Source of the DNA: Candidatus Latescibacterota bacterium
GTDB taxonomy: Bacteria > Latescibacterota > UBA2968 > GCA-2709665
Direction: 5' to 3'
Length of the DNA: 64,000 nucleotides
Assembly (NCBI GenBank): GCA_965208835.1
Contig: OZ242358.1
Location: forward strand, 3,776,001 to 3,840,000
Part shown: positions 1 through 10,485 of the stretch, piece by piece
Layout of the letters: each line of letters starts with the position of its first letter
Position numbering within the stretch: position 1 is the first letter of the stretch
Program-made: the position numbers and the translations under genes
Notes under the pieces: generated by a model
Databases searched by the model: none
Told to the model about the DNA's origin: nothing
Seen by the model: only the letters and a program-made list of their open reading frames with translations

Positions 1-4
1 CAGG

Positions 5-2374
5 ATGAAGCAGCTTGCCCAGTACGGAATTACCAACGCACGGCTGGAGAAGTTGCACACGCATGCGGCCGACGCGCTGAAGAAGGCGCGCGAGAATCTG
101 GCCAGCCACGACTACGAAGGATTTATTGCCGCGTCCAGAGAGGCGTGGGGCCTGGAAGCACGGGGATACCCCGAGGTCATGTCAACCGCAAACGACACGG
201 TGCGCGGGATCATCTTTTATTTCATTCTCCTGCTTCCGTTCTCCTTCTTCTGCGAACGGCTGCTTTTCGGATTCCCGGATATCACCCGCCGTCTGGTCGG
301 CTTTGCAGGAATCTTCGTGCTGTTTTTCATTATCCTCCGATACGTGCATCCGGCCTTCAAGCTGAGCAGCACGCCCTACATCATCTTCCTGGCATTTGTA
401 ATCATGGCCCTGGGCGGCATTGCAATGTTCATTGTCGTTTCCAAATTCGGCGAGGAAGTCAGGAAGATGAAACAGGCCTCGGCGGGCACGTACGAGGCGG
501 ATGTGGGTCGGTTGAGCGCGACTGCCGCTTCCATCATTCTGGGCATTTCCAATCTGCGAAAACGACCCCTCCGTACCGGGCTGACGGCGATCACCCTGAC
601 GTTGCTTACGTTCACCGCCCTGTCGTTTACATCGGTGCAGACTTCCATCAAATTCTATCGCCTGCCGAGGGACAACCAGCCGCCGTACCCTGGCGGCCTG
701 GTACGGGATCGATCCTGGAGGGGATTGCAGGAATCCGTACTTCAGTACCTGACCAGCGCTTTCAAGGGCCGTGCGACCATTGTTCCCCGTGCGTGGTATC
801 TTTCGCAGGTTCGCGGGGAACGGGCGTACGTCAATTTCTCGCGGATCACGGATCAGACTTCCTACCTGGGCTCAAGAGATACCTATGTCGATTTCGACGT
901 GGGCATCACCACCGGAAAGGACAGCTTCGTAAACGGCTTGCTGGGGCTTACCGCGGAAGAACCTGAAATCACCGGCGTCGACCGATACCTGATCAGCGGA
1001 AGATGGTTTGTCCCCGGAGAGACGAATGTGTGTATTCTCCCGAACGATCTCGCGGAACTGGTGGGAATCTTCCCTGAAGACGCCGGGAGTGCGAAAATCG
1101 AGATGCTGGGCGGCGTCTTCACCGTGATTGGAATCATGGATTCCGAGGGATTCAACAAATACAAGGACATGGACGACGAGAAGCTGACGCCGGTGGATAC
1201 GGTAAAGGAGAAGGACGACCTGGCGGACGCTCAGGACCAGGACCCGCGAGTCGTCGCTGCGGCTCCGATCGAGACGTTTACGCATCTGGAGTCGACCAAC
1301 GTGATGATATTGCCTTATGATTACGTCCGCAATATCGGAGGCACTCTGAATTCCGTCGCATTAGCGAACTTCGTGGACGCCCAGGGCAATCCCAGGTCGA
1401 ACTTCCTGCCTGATGTCGAGGAATTCATGACACGGGTTTCTTTGACTATGTTTGTGGGCCACGAAAACAAGGTCACGGTGTACAGTTCCATCGGTTCAAC
1501 GTCTCTATCGGGATTGGGCACGCTCTTCATTCCGATTCTGATTGCCGCATTGATCGTGCTGAATACGATGATGGGCGCGGTGTACGAACGGTTCAACGAG
1601 ATCGGGATTTACTCGGCGGTCGGGCTGGCGCCCAATCACATTGCGGCGCTGTTTCTGGCGGAAGCGACCGTATTCGCCACGGTGGGCGCCGTGTTCGGAT
1701 ATCTGATTGGACAAGTGCTTGTTCTCGTGCTGTTTACCCAGGCGCAGGCGCAGGGACAACTGCTCAGCCTCGAATTGAACTATTCTTCGTTGTCAGCCAT
1801 TTCGTCCACATTAATTGTCATGGCTACGGTATTCCTCTCTACACTGTACCCTGCCAAAAAAGCCGCGGATATGGCCGTGCCTGATGTGACCCGAAAGTGG
1901 GAGTTTCCGGAGCCCGAGGGCGACAGATGGGTATTCGATTTTCCGTTTACCGTTGGCGGCGCGGAAGTATTGGGAATGTACACGTATCTGACACGCGTCT
2001 TCGAGTCATACGGCGAGGGTTCCGTAGGCGACTTTGTGGCCGATTACGTCCGTTTCACTTCGCAGGACATGCAGGGTGAGCCACAATATGAGATCAACCT
2101 CACGTGCTGGCTTGCGCCATACGACCTGGGCATCAGCCAGGAGGTGGCGCTGCTGGCCATTCCAACGAGAGAACACAATATTTACAAGATTGAGGTCGTC
2201 ATCAACCGGCTCAGCGGTGACGTGGCCTCGTGGAAACGCATCAACAGGGGTTTCCTGAACGTCCTCCGGAAGCGATTCCTGGTCTGGCGCACCATTCCAC
2301 CCGAACTGAAGCACCAGTACGCGGACGAGGGCAACCGCATTCTGTCAGACACGGTAGAAGAAGCGGCAGTATAG
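5..2374 (+). CDS. Large FtsX/MacB-like ABC permease-domain membrane protein, probably 5'-truncated by the window edge
   Basis: Several TM segments; 'NLRKRPLRTGLT' and 'VYERFNEIGIYSAVGLAPNHIAALFLAE' are FtsX-type permease signatures; the frame is open to the window start. Confidence 0.75.
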   Translation: MKQLAQYGITNARLEKLHTHAADALKKARENLASHDYEGFIAASREAWGLEARGYPEVMSTANDTVRGIIFYFILLLPFSFFCERLLFGFPDITRRLVGFAGIFVLFFIILRYVHPAFKLSSTPYIIFLAFVIMALGGIAMFIVVSKFGEEVRKMKQASAGTYEADVGRLSATAASIILGISNLRKRPLRTGLTAITLTLLTFTALSFTSVQTSIKFYRLPRDNQPPYPGGLVRDRSWRGLQESVLQYLTSAFKGRATIVPRAWYLSQVRGERAYVNFSRITDQTSYLGSRDTYVDFDVGITTGKDSFVNGLLGLTAEEPEITGVDRYLISGRWFVPGETNVCILPNDLAELVGIFPEDAGSAKIEMLGGVFTVIGIMDSEGFNKYKDMDDEKLTPVDTVKEKDDLADAQDQDPRVVAAAPIETFTHLESTNVMILPYDYVRNIGGTLNSVALANFVDAQGNPRSNFLPDVEEFMTRVSLTMFVGHENKVTVYSSIGSTSLSGLGTLFIPILIAALIVLNTMMGAVYERFNEIGIYSAVGLAPNHIAALFLAEATVFATVGAVFGYLIGQVLVLVLFTQAQAQGQLLSLELNYSSLSAISSTLIVMATVFLSTLYPAKKAADMAVPDVTRKWEFPEPEGDRWVFDFPFTVGGAEVLGMYTYLTRVFESYGEGSVGDFVADYVRFTSQDMQGEPQYEINLTCWLAPYDLGISQEVALLAIPTREHNIYKIEVVINRLSGDVASWKRINRGFLNVLRKRFLVWRTIPPELKHQYADEGNRILSDTVEEAAV

Positions 2375-2443
2375 GAAGTATACGCTCCGGATCGCGGGCA
2401 ACCGGCGGGTTGACCCTCGACTCTCTGCTCCCAACGAGGAGGG

Positions 2444-4498
2444 GTGGTTTTGGCAATCGAACCCAAAGACCCTAGAGAAGAGCAGGAACAGTACGAAAAC
2501 ATCATGCCGGTCGATGCGCCGTTCGAAGATGGCTTCAATATGAAGACCCTGTGGGCGACGCTTTTTGTGGGCCTGGTGATGCTGCCCGGTGCAATCTATC
2601 TTGGCCTGGTTACCGGACAGAACATGGCGGGTGCGTCCGAATGGGTGACCATCATCCTCTTCCTGGAAATCGCCAAAAGGTCCTTCGTGAGGCTGAAGAC
2701 GCAGGAGGTCCTGGTCATCTACTGGGTTGCCGGCGGATTGCTGGGCGTGGGCGTCCGGTTGGGCAGCGCGGCACTGGTGTATGGAGGGCCGTTCGGCGGA
2801 TTGATCTGGGATCAATACCTGATCCAGTCCCCGGCCGCCAGAGGGCTTGCGGATTTCATACCGGACTGGGTGGTTCCCCGGATCAGCGAACATCCGGAGA
2901 TTTACGCGGAACGTACGTTCCTGCACGCCGCGTGGTTGAAGCCGATCGGCATCCTCGTCGCATTGACACTGTTAAGCAATACCGCGAGACTGTCGCTTGG
3001 GTACGTGATGTTTCGCATTACGAGCGACATCGAACGGTTGCCGTTTCCGCTGGCTCCAGTCCAGGCCCGCGGGGCCACCGCGCTCGCCGAAACGTCGGCC
3101 AAACAGGAAGGCTGGAGATGGCGGGTATTCAGTACAGGAGCGTGTATCGGATTGGTCTGGGGCCTTCTGTATGTCGTGGTCCCGACACTGTCCAGCATAT
3201 TCCTGACCGATACGGTCCAGATCCTTCCCATTCCCTGGATCGATTTCACGGAACAGATCAAGACCATCCTGCCCGCTGCGCTGTTTGGAATAGCAACCGA
3301 CCTGGGCCACCTGATCGTCGGGTTCGTTTTGCCGTTCTGGGTGGTTATCGGGTCGTTCGCCGGCGCCGTCCTTGGAAACCTGGTTGTCAATCCGTTTCTG
3401 TACAGATGGGAAATCCTGGACCGCTGGTCCGCGGGCATGACGGCGATCCCGACTTCGATCTCCAACCAGTTCGACTTCTGGCTCAGCTTTGGGATCGGCA
3501 CTTCGTTCGTCATCGCGTTCACTGGATTCTACCAGGTGTTTCGGGTGCTTATGGAACAGCGCCGTCAGAAGCAGCAAACGGGGCATCATACGTCCGGTAT
3601 CGACCTCGAGGACCTTCCGAAGGGCCGGTCGGATATGAAGATGATTTACCCTATTCTGTTCTGGGGCGCCGCCACATTGGGCTTTATCGTGATGTGCCAG
3701 ATGCTGGTTCCCGAGTTCCACTGGGGCTGGGTCGTGTTCTTCGGACTCATTTACACGCCGATTTCTTCTTATATCGGCGCGCGCATGATCGGCCTGACGG
3801 GAAGCCCGTACGGGGCGAGTATCCCCTATTTACGGGAAGCGGGAATACTTCTTTCCGGATACAAGGGCGTCGCGGTCTGGTTCGCCCCCCTTCCGCTGCA
3901 CGACCACGGCCTGGCCGTGCCTACCTACAAACAGATGGAACTCACGAAAACGAAATTTGTCAGTTACGTGAAATTGACCGCGGTGACCATGGTGGTCATT
4001 TTCATCTTCAGCTTCATCTTCTGGGAATTCATCTGGCGACTTGGACCCATTCCCTCATCCAGCTATTACTATGTGCAGACATTCTGGCCATACGACGCCA
4101 CAATGACCACGATGTGGCTAAAGTCGACAATGCCGGACCTCGAAGGGCAAGGGACCGTCGGCGTCGAACTCCTCAAAGATATTATCAAACCGGAACTCAT
4201 CGGCGCCGGATTCGCCGTTGGCGGCCTCATGTATCTCATTCTGGCCGCGCTGAAAGCGCCTACGCTGTTCTTTTTCGGCTTCGTGGGCTCGCTTGCAACA
4301 TGGCCGCATTTCGTGATCCTGCAGTTTGCCGGCGCACTGCTTGGACGTTTCTATTTCGCCAGGCGTTTCGGCGAATCCAAGTGGCGGGCGTACGCACCCA
4401 TTCTGCTGGCAGGATATTACTGTGGCATGGGGCTCATCGGGATGACTTCGGTTTCCGTTGTGCTGATTTCAAAGGCCGTCTCCCAGGTCGTATTCTAG
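2444..4498 (+). CDS. OPT-like (peptide transporter family) integral membrane protein
   Basis: 684 aa, very hydrophobic, 'ERLPFPLA' motif; GGAGG RBS before the GTG start; follows the FtsX-like gene. Confidence 0.6.
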   Translation: MVLAIEPKDPREEQEQYENIMPVDAPFEDGFNMKTLWATLFVGLVMLPGAIYLGLVTGQNMAGASEWVTIILFLEIAKRSFVRLKTQEVLVIYWVAGGLLGVGVRLGSAALVYGGPFGGLIWDQYLIQSPAARGLADFIPDWVVPRISEHPEIYAERTFLHAAWLKPIGILVALTLLSNTARLSLGYVMFRITSDIERLPFPLAPVQARGATALAETSAKQEGWRWRVFSTGACIGLVWGLLYVVVPTLSSIFLTDTVQILPIPWIDFTEQIKTILPAALFGIATDLGHLIVGFVLPFWVVIGSFAGAVLGNLVVNPFLYRWEILDRWSAGMTAIPTSISNQFDFWLSFGIGTSFVIAFTGFYQVFRVLMEQRRQKQQTGHHTSGIDLEDLPKGRSDMKMIYPILFWGAATLGFIVMCQMLVPEFHWGWVVFFGLIYTPISSYIGARMIGLTGSPYGASIPYLREAGILLSGYKGVAVWFAPLPLHDHGLAVPTYKQMELTKTKFVSYVKLTAVTMVVIFIFSFIFWEFIWRLGPIPSSSYYYVQTFWPYDATMTTMWLKSTMPDLEGQGTVGVELLKDIIKPELIGAGFAVGGLMYLILAALKAPTLFFFGFVGSLATWPHFVILQFAGALLGRFYFARRFGESKWRAYAPILLAGYYCGMGLIGMTSVSVVLISKAVSQVVF

Positions 4499-4652
4499 TG
4501 TTCTGTCCCAAAAATATCTAACCATTCAGCCGCCGATTCATCCCGTCTCGCGGCGTTGCCTTCCCTCGCCGACCTTCCGCAGGTCGGAGGCGCCTTGCGA
4601 GCCGGGCGACTCGACAGCTGAATTTAGGCAACCTATTTCCGGGACAGAACAC
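4498..4652 (-). mobile_element. MITE-like element, family E copy 1
   Basis: Terminal inverted repeat GTGTTCTGTCCC-AA-AAATA / TATTT-CC-GGGACAGAACAC; begins within the TAG stop of the OPT-like gene; second copy at 30612-30773. Confidence 0.75.
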
Positions 4653-4655
4653 TGG

Positions 4656-4754
4656 CAGTCCTTTGATAAAGTCGCTCTGTAGGCGAGGCCGCGCAATGCA
4701 GTATTTCGACCGCAAGGGCCGGCCGCAGCCCGGATGGGCTCTTTCAACGGGCTG
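4656..4754 (+). mobile_element. MITE-like element, family A, internally deleted copy
   Basis: Ends CAGTCCTTTGATAAAG...CTTTCAACGGGCTG match the other family A copies; directly abuts the family E copy. Confidence 0.75.
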
Positions 4755-4883
4755 CCAGCCTGGAAGCCTGTGTTGTATGACGGAACGCCGCCCGGATCCC
4801 GGCTGTCTAAGGAACACCCAAGACGCCTGATCCGGGCCGAATTTCATCCGCCTGGACCGGATTTCAACCACAGGGAGGTTTCA

Positions 4884-5357
4884 ATGAAGCGGGGCGAAAG
4901 AATTACGGGACTTTCGCTGATTGCCTTTGTCGTATTGGCGCTTACCATGGATGCAGCGGCACAGCCCGATCGCAGGGGCGGACGGGAACGGGGACGGCGC
5001 GGGGGCGCGGCCCGGATGCGAATGATGTTGCCCCTGGAGCAGACGTTGAGCTTTCTGGCTTTCGACGAAAAGATAGCGTTGAAGGACGACCAACTGATTA
5101 AGATCAGAAAAGCTCTAATGGAGATTCATGGAAGCCGGGCCGAACTGCTGAAAGAAATGCGGAACGGCGCCGACCGGCAGCAAATCATGGAGAAGCTCGG
5201 CCGCCTTCGCAGTTCAATGTTCGAGAAGGTCAAGGCGGTGCTGGACGACAAACAGGATGAAGTTCTGGATGGCTATCTGGAGAGGATGCGGCGAGGGTTT
5301 CAACGTGGACGCGGCGGCGGCCGGCGGAGTGGCGGTCCGCCGGGCGGCGGTGTTTGA
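4884..5357 (+). CDS. Secreted helical hypothetical protein (Spy/CpxP-like architecture)
   Basis: GGAGG RBS then ATG 4884; signal peptide ending AAA-Q; Gly/Arg-rich ends around a charged helical core. Confidence 0.6.
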   Translation: MKRGERITGLSLIAFVVLALTMDAAAQPDRRGGRERGRRGGAARMRMMLPLEQTLSFLAFDEKIALKDDQLIKIRKALMEIHGSRAELLKEMRNGADRQQIMEKLGRLRSSMFEKVKAVLDDKQDEVLDGYLERMRRGFQRGRGGGRRSGGPPGGGV

Positions 5358-5363
5358 GGTCTT

Positions 5364-6752
5364 GTGATGAATCTCCAGGAGGTCGGCCAAAGACTCGAGA
5401 AACCGTTTACCTTTGCCGTGGTGGGTGACACGCATTTTCTGCATTCAAAATTTGGCCGACCGACGGGCGACACCGGCGGTTCTTTTCGTCCCTTGCAGAT
5501 TGACCAGTATCTTGAGAGCGTTCGATATGTCCTGATGCCGATGATGGCCTCTCTAAAGGAAGTTTCTCCTGAATTCCTGGTAATCACCGGTGATCTGGTG
5601 GAGGGCCATCAAGACGTCGAACTCGCGGTCGATGAGATCAAGGAAGGGCTGGAATTCTTCGAGGGATATGGGATTCCGCTTCTGTTTGCGTGCGGAAACA
5701 GGGACAGGGTCGAGGCATTTGACAGCGTTGTTCTTCCGTATTTGGGCCGCTGGCTGGGCAGGACACCCCGGGAGCGGTTTTTCTTTCTGGACGTCGCCGG
5801 CTGCCGGCTCATATTCCTCGACACCCCCGCCTGGAAACGGAATGGCGCACAACGGGAATGGCTGGAACTCGCATTGAATGACCGGGAGGCCGCGGGGATT
5901 GATCGAACGTTTCTGTTCGGACATCATCCTGTCTGGCCGCTGGCAAGGGCCTTTTTCACCAACATCGACCTCCATCTCGATCTGCCGGAAATACTGCAGG
6001 AGCATCCTGTAGACGCTTTTTTTTGTGGGCATACCCACAACCAGAACGTGTTACTTCACCGTACGGATGGACGCCCGGTTCTGCAATGCATGTGCGCGTC
6101 CATCGGACTTTCCAGTGAGATGCCAACGCCGCTGGACCGGGTACAGGACCTGATACCGTATCCCCAGGACGTGCTGACCTGTTGGCCAGGCTACCTCGAA
6201 AATACGGCACCAGGATGGTTTATCGTTCACGTCGGTCGGACCTCGGTCGAAGCGTCATGGCACCACTTGAATCGAGGTGTGGAAACACGACTCGTCTGGC
6301 AACGCCCGGGAGATCTCTCGGCATTCGAAAAGATGGACCATCCGCCGGATGCCCGGTTGATTTACGACGACCTGAATCATATCCGGCGTGCTTCCCTTCG
6401 GTTCTGCGGATGGCATGCCCTGCGCCAGGACAAAGAGGTATTCCTCAATGGCGTGCTGGTCGGCAGCCTCCCTCCCGCGAACGACTATGCGCCGATCCGG
6501 ATGGATTTGCCAGCGAAATGCCTTGAACATCTGCGTATGGAAAACAGGCTCGAGATCCAGGTTCCCCGGAACGAGGCATGTACGCTGGGCAACTTTATAC
6601 TCGAAGCGGTCTTGCCGGGTGGACGATTTGTGCGCACACGTCCAACAGGCGAGATATTTACCTGGTCCGACCGGTGGGGCGCGTGGAATTCAAGCTCGCT
6701 GATGAAAATGAAGCCGGGACGACCGGCAACAACATTATTGTGTTTCCAATGA
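5364..6752 (+). CDS. Calcineurin-like metallophosphoesterase with a C-terminal beta domain
   Basis: Motifs GDTH, TGDLV, GNRD, GHHP and GHTH. Confidence 0.8.
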   Translation: MMNLQEVGQRLEKPFTFAVVGDTHFLHSKFGRPTGDTGGSFRPLQIDQYLESVRYVLMPMMASLKEVSPEFLVITGDLVEGHQDVELAVDEIKEGLEFFEGYGIPLLFACGNRDRVEAFDSVVLPYLGRWLGRTPRERFFFLDVAGCRLIFLDTPAWKRNGAQREWLELALNDREAAGIDRTFLFGHHPVWPLARAFFTNIDLHLDLPEILQEHPVDAFFCGHTHNQNVLLHRTDGRPVLQCMCASIGLSSEMPTPLDRVQDLIPYPQDVLTCWPGYLENTAPGWFIVHVGRTSVEASWHHLNRGVETRLVWQRPGDLSAFEKMDHPPDARLIYDDLNHIRRASLRFCGWHALRQDKEVFLNGVLVGSLPPANDYAPIRMDLPAKCLEHLRMENRLEIQVPRNEACTLGNFILEAVLPGGRFVRTRPTGEIFTWSDRWGAWNSSSLMKMKPGRPATTLLCFQ

Positions 6753-6784
6753 GTACAACATAGACCAGGTTTTCGAAAATCTCA

Positions 6785-8863
6785 ATGAAAAAACAGCGAT
6801 TTGCAAACAGGTTGTTAAACGAGACCAGTCCCTATCTGCTACAACACGCACATAACCCGGTGGACTGGTATCCGTGGGGCGACGAGGCCTTTGAACTTGC
6901 GAAGAAAGCAGACCGTCCCATTTTTCTGAGTATCGGATATTCGGCCTGTCACTGGTGTCACGTGATGGAGAGGGAATCGTTTGAAAATGAAGCCATCGCA
7001 GCTGTGATGAACCAATTCTTCGTGAACGTCAAGGTAGACCGCGAAGAACGGCCGGATGTGGACGAGATTTACATGAATGCGGTACAGATGATGACCGGCG
7101 CCGGCGGATGGCCGATGAGCGTGTTTCTCACACCCGACGGAACACCGTTTTACGGCGGCACCTATTTCCCTCCCGACAGCAGATACGGCCGCCCCGGATT
7201 TCCGGACGTACTCCGGTCAGTGGCAACGCATTACCGCGACAACAGGGGCAAAGTGGGAGAGGCTGCCGAACGCCTGATGGCCGGATTGAAACGGCTGACC
7301 GACCTGCGAAACCTGGATGGAGCGTTGACGGGAACTTTGTTTTCTGAAGGACATTCGCAGATCGCCCGTAATTTTGACTGGGAGAATGGAGGATTCGGAT
7401 CGCAGCCGAAGTTTCCCGGCACCATGAATCTGTCGGTCTTTCTGCGGGAATTCGAGAAAACCGGAAATCGCAATGCAATGGATATGGTACTTCTAACCCT
7501 GCGGAAGATGGCGCGGGGAGGGATATACGATCATTTGGGCGGCGGATTTCACCGGTACTCCGTTGACCATCGCTGGCTGGTCCCCCACTTCGAGAAGATG
7601 CTTTATGACAATGCCCTGTTGACCGTACTCTATCTGGAAGCCTTTCAACACACCGGAGAACCACTGTTTCGGCAGATTGTGCAGGAAACACTGTCATACG
7701 TCATTCGCGAGATGACCGACCCGCAGGGCGGATTCTATTCCACTCAGGACGCGGACAGCGAAGGGGAGGAGGGCAGGTTTTTCGTCTGGGACCAGGAGGA
7801 GGTGTGCGCATTACTGGGGCAGGAAGAAGGACGGTTGTTTTGCCGGTACTACGATGTGCGTCCGGAGGGTAATTTTGAACACGGTAAGAGCATCTTGAAT
7901 ATACCGGTTGAAGTGTCAGAATTGGCCCGTTTCCTGGATGTGGACCCGGAGCGCCTGGACGATGTGATTCAGCGCGGACGGAAGATATTGGCAGATGTCC
8001 GCGAGAACAGGATCAAGCCGGAGCGGGACGATAAAATCCAGGTGAGCTGGAACGGTCTCATGATCTCGGCTCTTGCTCGCGCGTATCAGGTTCTCGGTCG
8101 ATCGGAATATCTGGCAGCGGCGCAGAACTCGGCCGATTTCATACTCCGGAATATGCAGACGGAATCCGGCCATCTGCTGCACACTTACAACACCGGGAGG
8201 GCCCGGTTCCCCGGTTACCAGGACGATTACGCCTTCTTCAGCAACGGACTGCTCGACCTCTACGAAGCCTCCTTCGATCCGCGCTGGCTGAATGCGGCGG
8301 AGGCACTCACAGAGACGATGCTCCTCGAATTCTGGGATCCGGAGCAGGGCGGTTTCTATTTCACAGGTCGGGCGAATGAAAAACTGATCGTACGCTCAAA
8401 GAATCCGTACGACAACGCAATACCATCCGGAAATTCGATGGCCGTTATGTCGCTGATGCGTCTGGGTACGATTCTCGACCGACCGGACCTGTGGCAGAAG
8501 GCGGAGCAGACCCTGAAGCTGTTCGAACCGATGCTCCGAGAGATGCCATCCGGTTTCGGCCAGATGCTCTGCGGTCTGGACACCTTCACCAGGCGTCCGA
8601 TTGAGATCGTTTTGGTGGGCGACCCGGAGGATTCAGCGACGAAAGATCTCCTGAAGACCGCTTACGGACGCCTGCCATCCAGCCGGGTGATCGTTCTCGC
8701 GGATCCGGACAAGAGGGAAGATCTGGCGCGGCGCATTCCATTACTTTCGGACAAGAAGGCAATTAATGGAAGACCAACCGCGTACGTGTGCAGAAATTCG
8801 GTCTGTTCCGCACCAGTAACATCAGAAACCCAACTGCATGCATTGCTGCGGAATCCATCGTGA
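6785..8863 (+). CDS. Thioredoxin-domain protein, YyaL/SSP411 family
   Basis: [30 protein letters not shown] and [11 protein letters not shown]. Confidence 0.93.
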   Translation: MKKQRFANRLLNETSPYLLQHAHNPVDWYPWGDEAFELAKKADRPIFLSIGYSACHWCHVMERESFENEAIAAVMNQFFVNVKVDREERPDVDEIYMNAVQMMTGAGGWPMSVFLTPDGTPFYGGTYFPPDSRYGRPGFPDVLRSVATHYRDNRGKVGEAAERLMAGLKRLTDLRNLDGALTGTLFSEGHSQIARNFDWENGGFGSQPKFPGTMNLSVFLREFEKTGNRNAMDMVLLTLRKMARGGIYDHLGGGFHRYSVDHRWLVPHFEKMLYDNALLTVLYLEAFQHTGEPLFRQIVQETLSYVIREMTDPQGGFYSTQDADSEGEEGRFFVWDQEEVCALLGQEEGRLFCRYYDVRPEGNFEHGKSILNIPVEVSELARFLDVDPERLDDVIQRGRKILADVRENRIKPERDDKIQVSWNGLMISALARAYQVLGRSEYLAAAQNSADFILRNMQTESGHLLHTYNTGRARFPGYQDDYAFFSNGLLDLYEASFDPRWLNAAEALTETMLLEFWDPEQGGFYFTGRANEKLIVRSKNPYDNAIPSGNSMAVMSLMRLGTILDRPDLWQKAEQTLKLFEPMLREMPSGFGQMLCGLDTFTRRPIEIVLVGDPEDSATKDLLKTAYGRLPSSRVIVLADPDKREDLARRIPLLSDKKAINGRPTAYVCRNSVCSAPVTSETQLHALLRNPS

Positions 8864-8913
8864 GGGGACGCGATTGCGCCAATCGCAGACACAAGTTGGT
8901 TAAAACGCCCCAA

Positions 8914-9146
8914 GAAGCTGTCCTAAGATTCCCAGCGGTCTTCGCACGGCTGCAAAAGCGCCGGTCGGCGTTGGTCAAATCCACCCGTCTTATGAGATCG
9001 AGACTGCGCTTGCTCGCCTCTCATAGCCGGATTTTCCCGTCGGCGCTGCGCGCCCCTCGTGCCTCGGCACTACGCGCCCCTCGTGCCTCTTAACCGCAAC
9101 TTTTTCGCTCGCGCTCGGGAACTCACCGGTAATTTTAAGCAACTTC
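8914..9146 (-). mobile_element. MITE-like element, family B
   Basis: Ends GAAGCTGTCCTAAGATT...AATTTTAAGCAACTTC; flanks CAA/TAA; internal tandem duplication of CGCGCCCCTCGTGCCTC. Confidence 0.8.
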
Positions 9147-9161
9147 TAACAGGAGGATGTT

Positions 9162-9707
9162 ATGGCATCGGTATTGGTGGTAGGAGATGGTCCCGGTGGA
9201 CTGAGCGCGGCTCTGTTCCTGGCCAAGAACGGCATGGATGTTGTGGTGTTCGGGCAGAATACAACCCCCATGCATAAAGCCATGCTCTACAATTACCTGG
9301 GTATTCCCGAATTGACCGGGAGCGAGTTTCAACGCATTTCCCGGGATCAGGTCGCGGCTCAGGGTGCACGAATTGAGGACGTGCAGGTCGCCGGTATCGA
9401 AAAGACGCAAGCCGGTTTTACATTGACCGCGGAGGGCGGGGCCACCCACAACGGTGACTATCTGATTCTGGCGGCCGGAACCAATGTGAAGCTTGGCGTG
9501 AGTATCGGTCTTGAGAGAGGTCCGGACGGGCTGGGATGCGACAGGGACGGTCGTACGGCAGTAGACGGACTCTACGTAGTGGGATGGAGTACGCGGCTGC
9601 GGAAAACGCAGGCGATTATTTCCGCCGGTCAGGGTGCGTCCGCCGCGCTCGATATTCTATCGATCGAGGCAGGCGAGGACGTACACGATTTCGACGTTGT
9701 GTCATGA
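9162..9707 (+). CDS. Short FAD-dependent oxidoreductase (thioredoxin-reductase-like FAD domain only)
   Basis: GDGPGGLSAA dinucleotide-binding motif, 'T.VDGLYVVG' and 'QAIISAGQG'; AGGAGG RBS. Confidence 0.8.
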   Translation: MASVLVVGDGPGGLSAALFLAKNGMDVVVFGQNTTPMHKAMLYNYLGIPELTGSEFQRISRDQVAAQGARIEDVQVAGIEKTQAGFTLTAEGGATHNGDYLILAAGTNVKLGVSIGLERGPDGLGCDRDGRTAVDGLYVVGWSTRLRKTQAIISAGQGASAALDILSIEAGEDVHDFDVVS

Positions 9708-9801
9708 AACATACCTGAAGATGCAGCATCGGGACATGGCGTTCCGTCGCGTAAACTGCTCGCCATTCGACCGCCGGTGGCAGGACGATTCCTTCGGGAG
9801 G

Positions 9802-10371
9802 CTAATAGTACCTGGGTGTCTTTCTGGGGGCAGCCGGTTTAGGAGGCGCCTCACTTTCAGGAATGCCGTGGCTTTCAATGATGCCACGAACCACGTGTAC
9901 CGGTAGGCCCATTCTAACGGCCAACGCCATTGAATCACTCGGACGCGCGTCCATTTTGAACGTCGTTCCATCCGGACCCTGCAGGGTAAGTACGGCGAAA
10001 TACGTACTCCCCAGCCCCCCTTCTTTCAGTGGGCGAAGTTCGTCGATTACAATGGATCGGAGGCGGACGCCGGCCCCTTCCAGAACGTTGTGGAATAAAT
10101 CGTGGGTGAACGGACGAGGAAACGTCTCGTTCTTCAGTTTGCGCCAGATTGCCATCGCTTCGCAGGGACCGATCCAGATAGGAAGAAGCCGTGCGGTCTC
10201 GTTGTTACGTAGAAAAACGATGTATTGATCTTCCGAATCCCGCCCGACCTGATGGACTTCGGTCTTGACCAGGTCCTTTTCCGACGGATACGCCGCTGGC
10301 GCGAGGACGCCGCTCAGACACAGGCATAAAGCGCAGGAGTAAATCACCGCAGAACGGCATCTATCGTGCAT
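9802..10371 (-). CDS. Bifunctional nuclease (DUF151) family protein with a predicted signal peptide
   Basis: LPIWIG..EA, RPFTHDL and DARPSD motifs; AAGGA RBS before ATG 10371; hydrophobic N-terminus. Confidence 0.85.
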   Translation of the reverse strand: MHDRCRSAVIYSCALCLCLSGVLAPAAYPSEKDLVKTEVHQVGRDSEDQYIVFLRNNETARLLPIWIGPCEAMAIWRKLKNETFPRPFTHDLFHNVLEGAGVRLRSIVIDELRPLKEGGLGSTYFAVLTLQGPDGTTFKMDARPSDSMALAVRMGLPVHVVRGIIESHGIPESEAPPKPAAPRKTPRYY

Positions 10372-10485
10372 CTCAGTTCCTTTCTGTGTATGAAGCCGGC
10401 GCTGACTGACATGATTCCGTTGCGTTCCGGGAATATACGCCGGCGCCAATCACGGGGCAATTCGAATTTCCGGCATAGGGACTGA

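Noticed and set aside
2551-4521. 656-aa alternate-frame ORF, and other long shadow ORFs (12741-14105, 52933-54330, 22203-23387, 57107-58132)
   Set aside because: They overlap well-supported genes, are Arg/Pro/Gly-rich and lack motifs, as expected from GC-rich codon bias.
9040-9090. Direct repeats CGCGCCCCTCGTGCCTC as a mini-CRISPR
   Set aside because: Only two units, no unique spacers and no cas genes; this is an internal duplication of family B.
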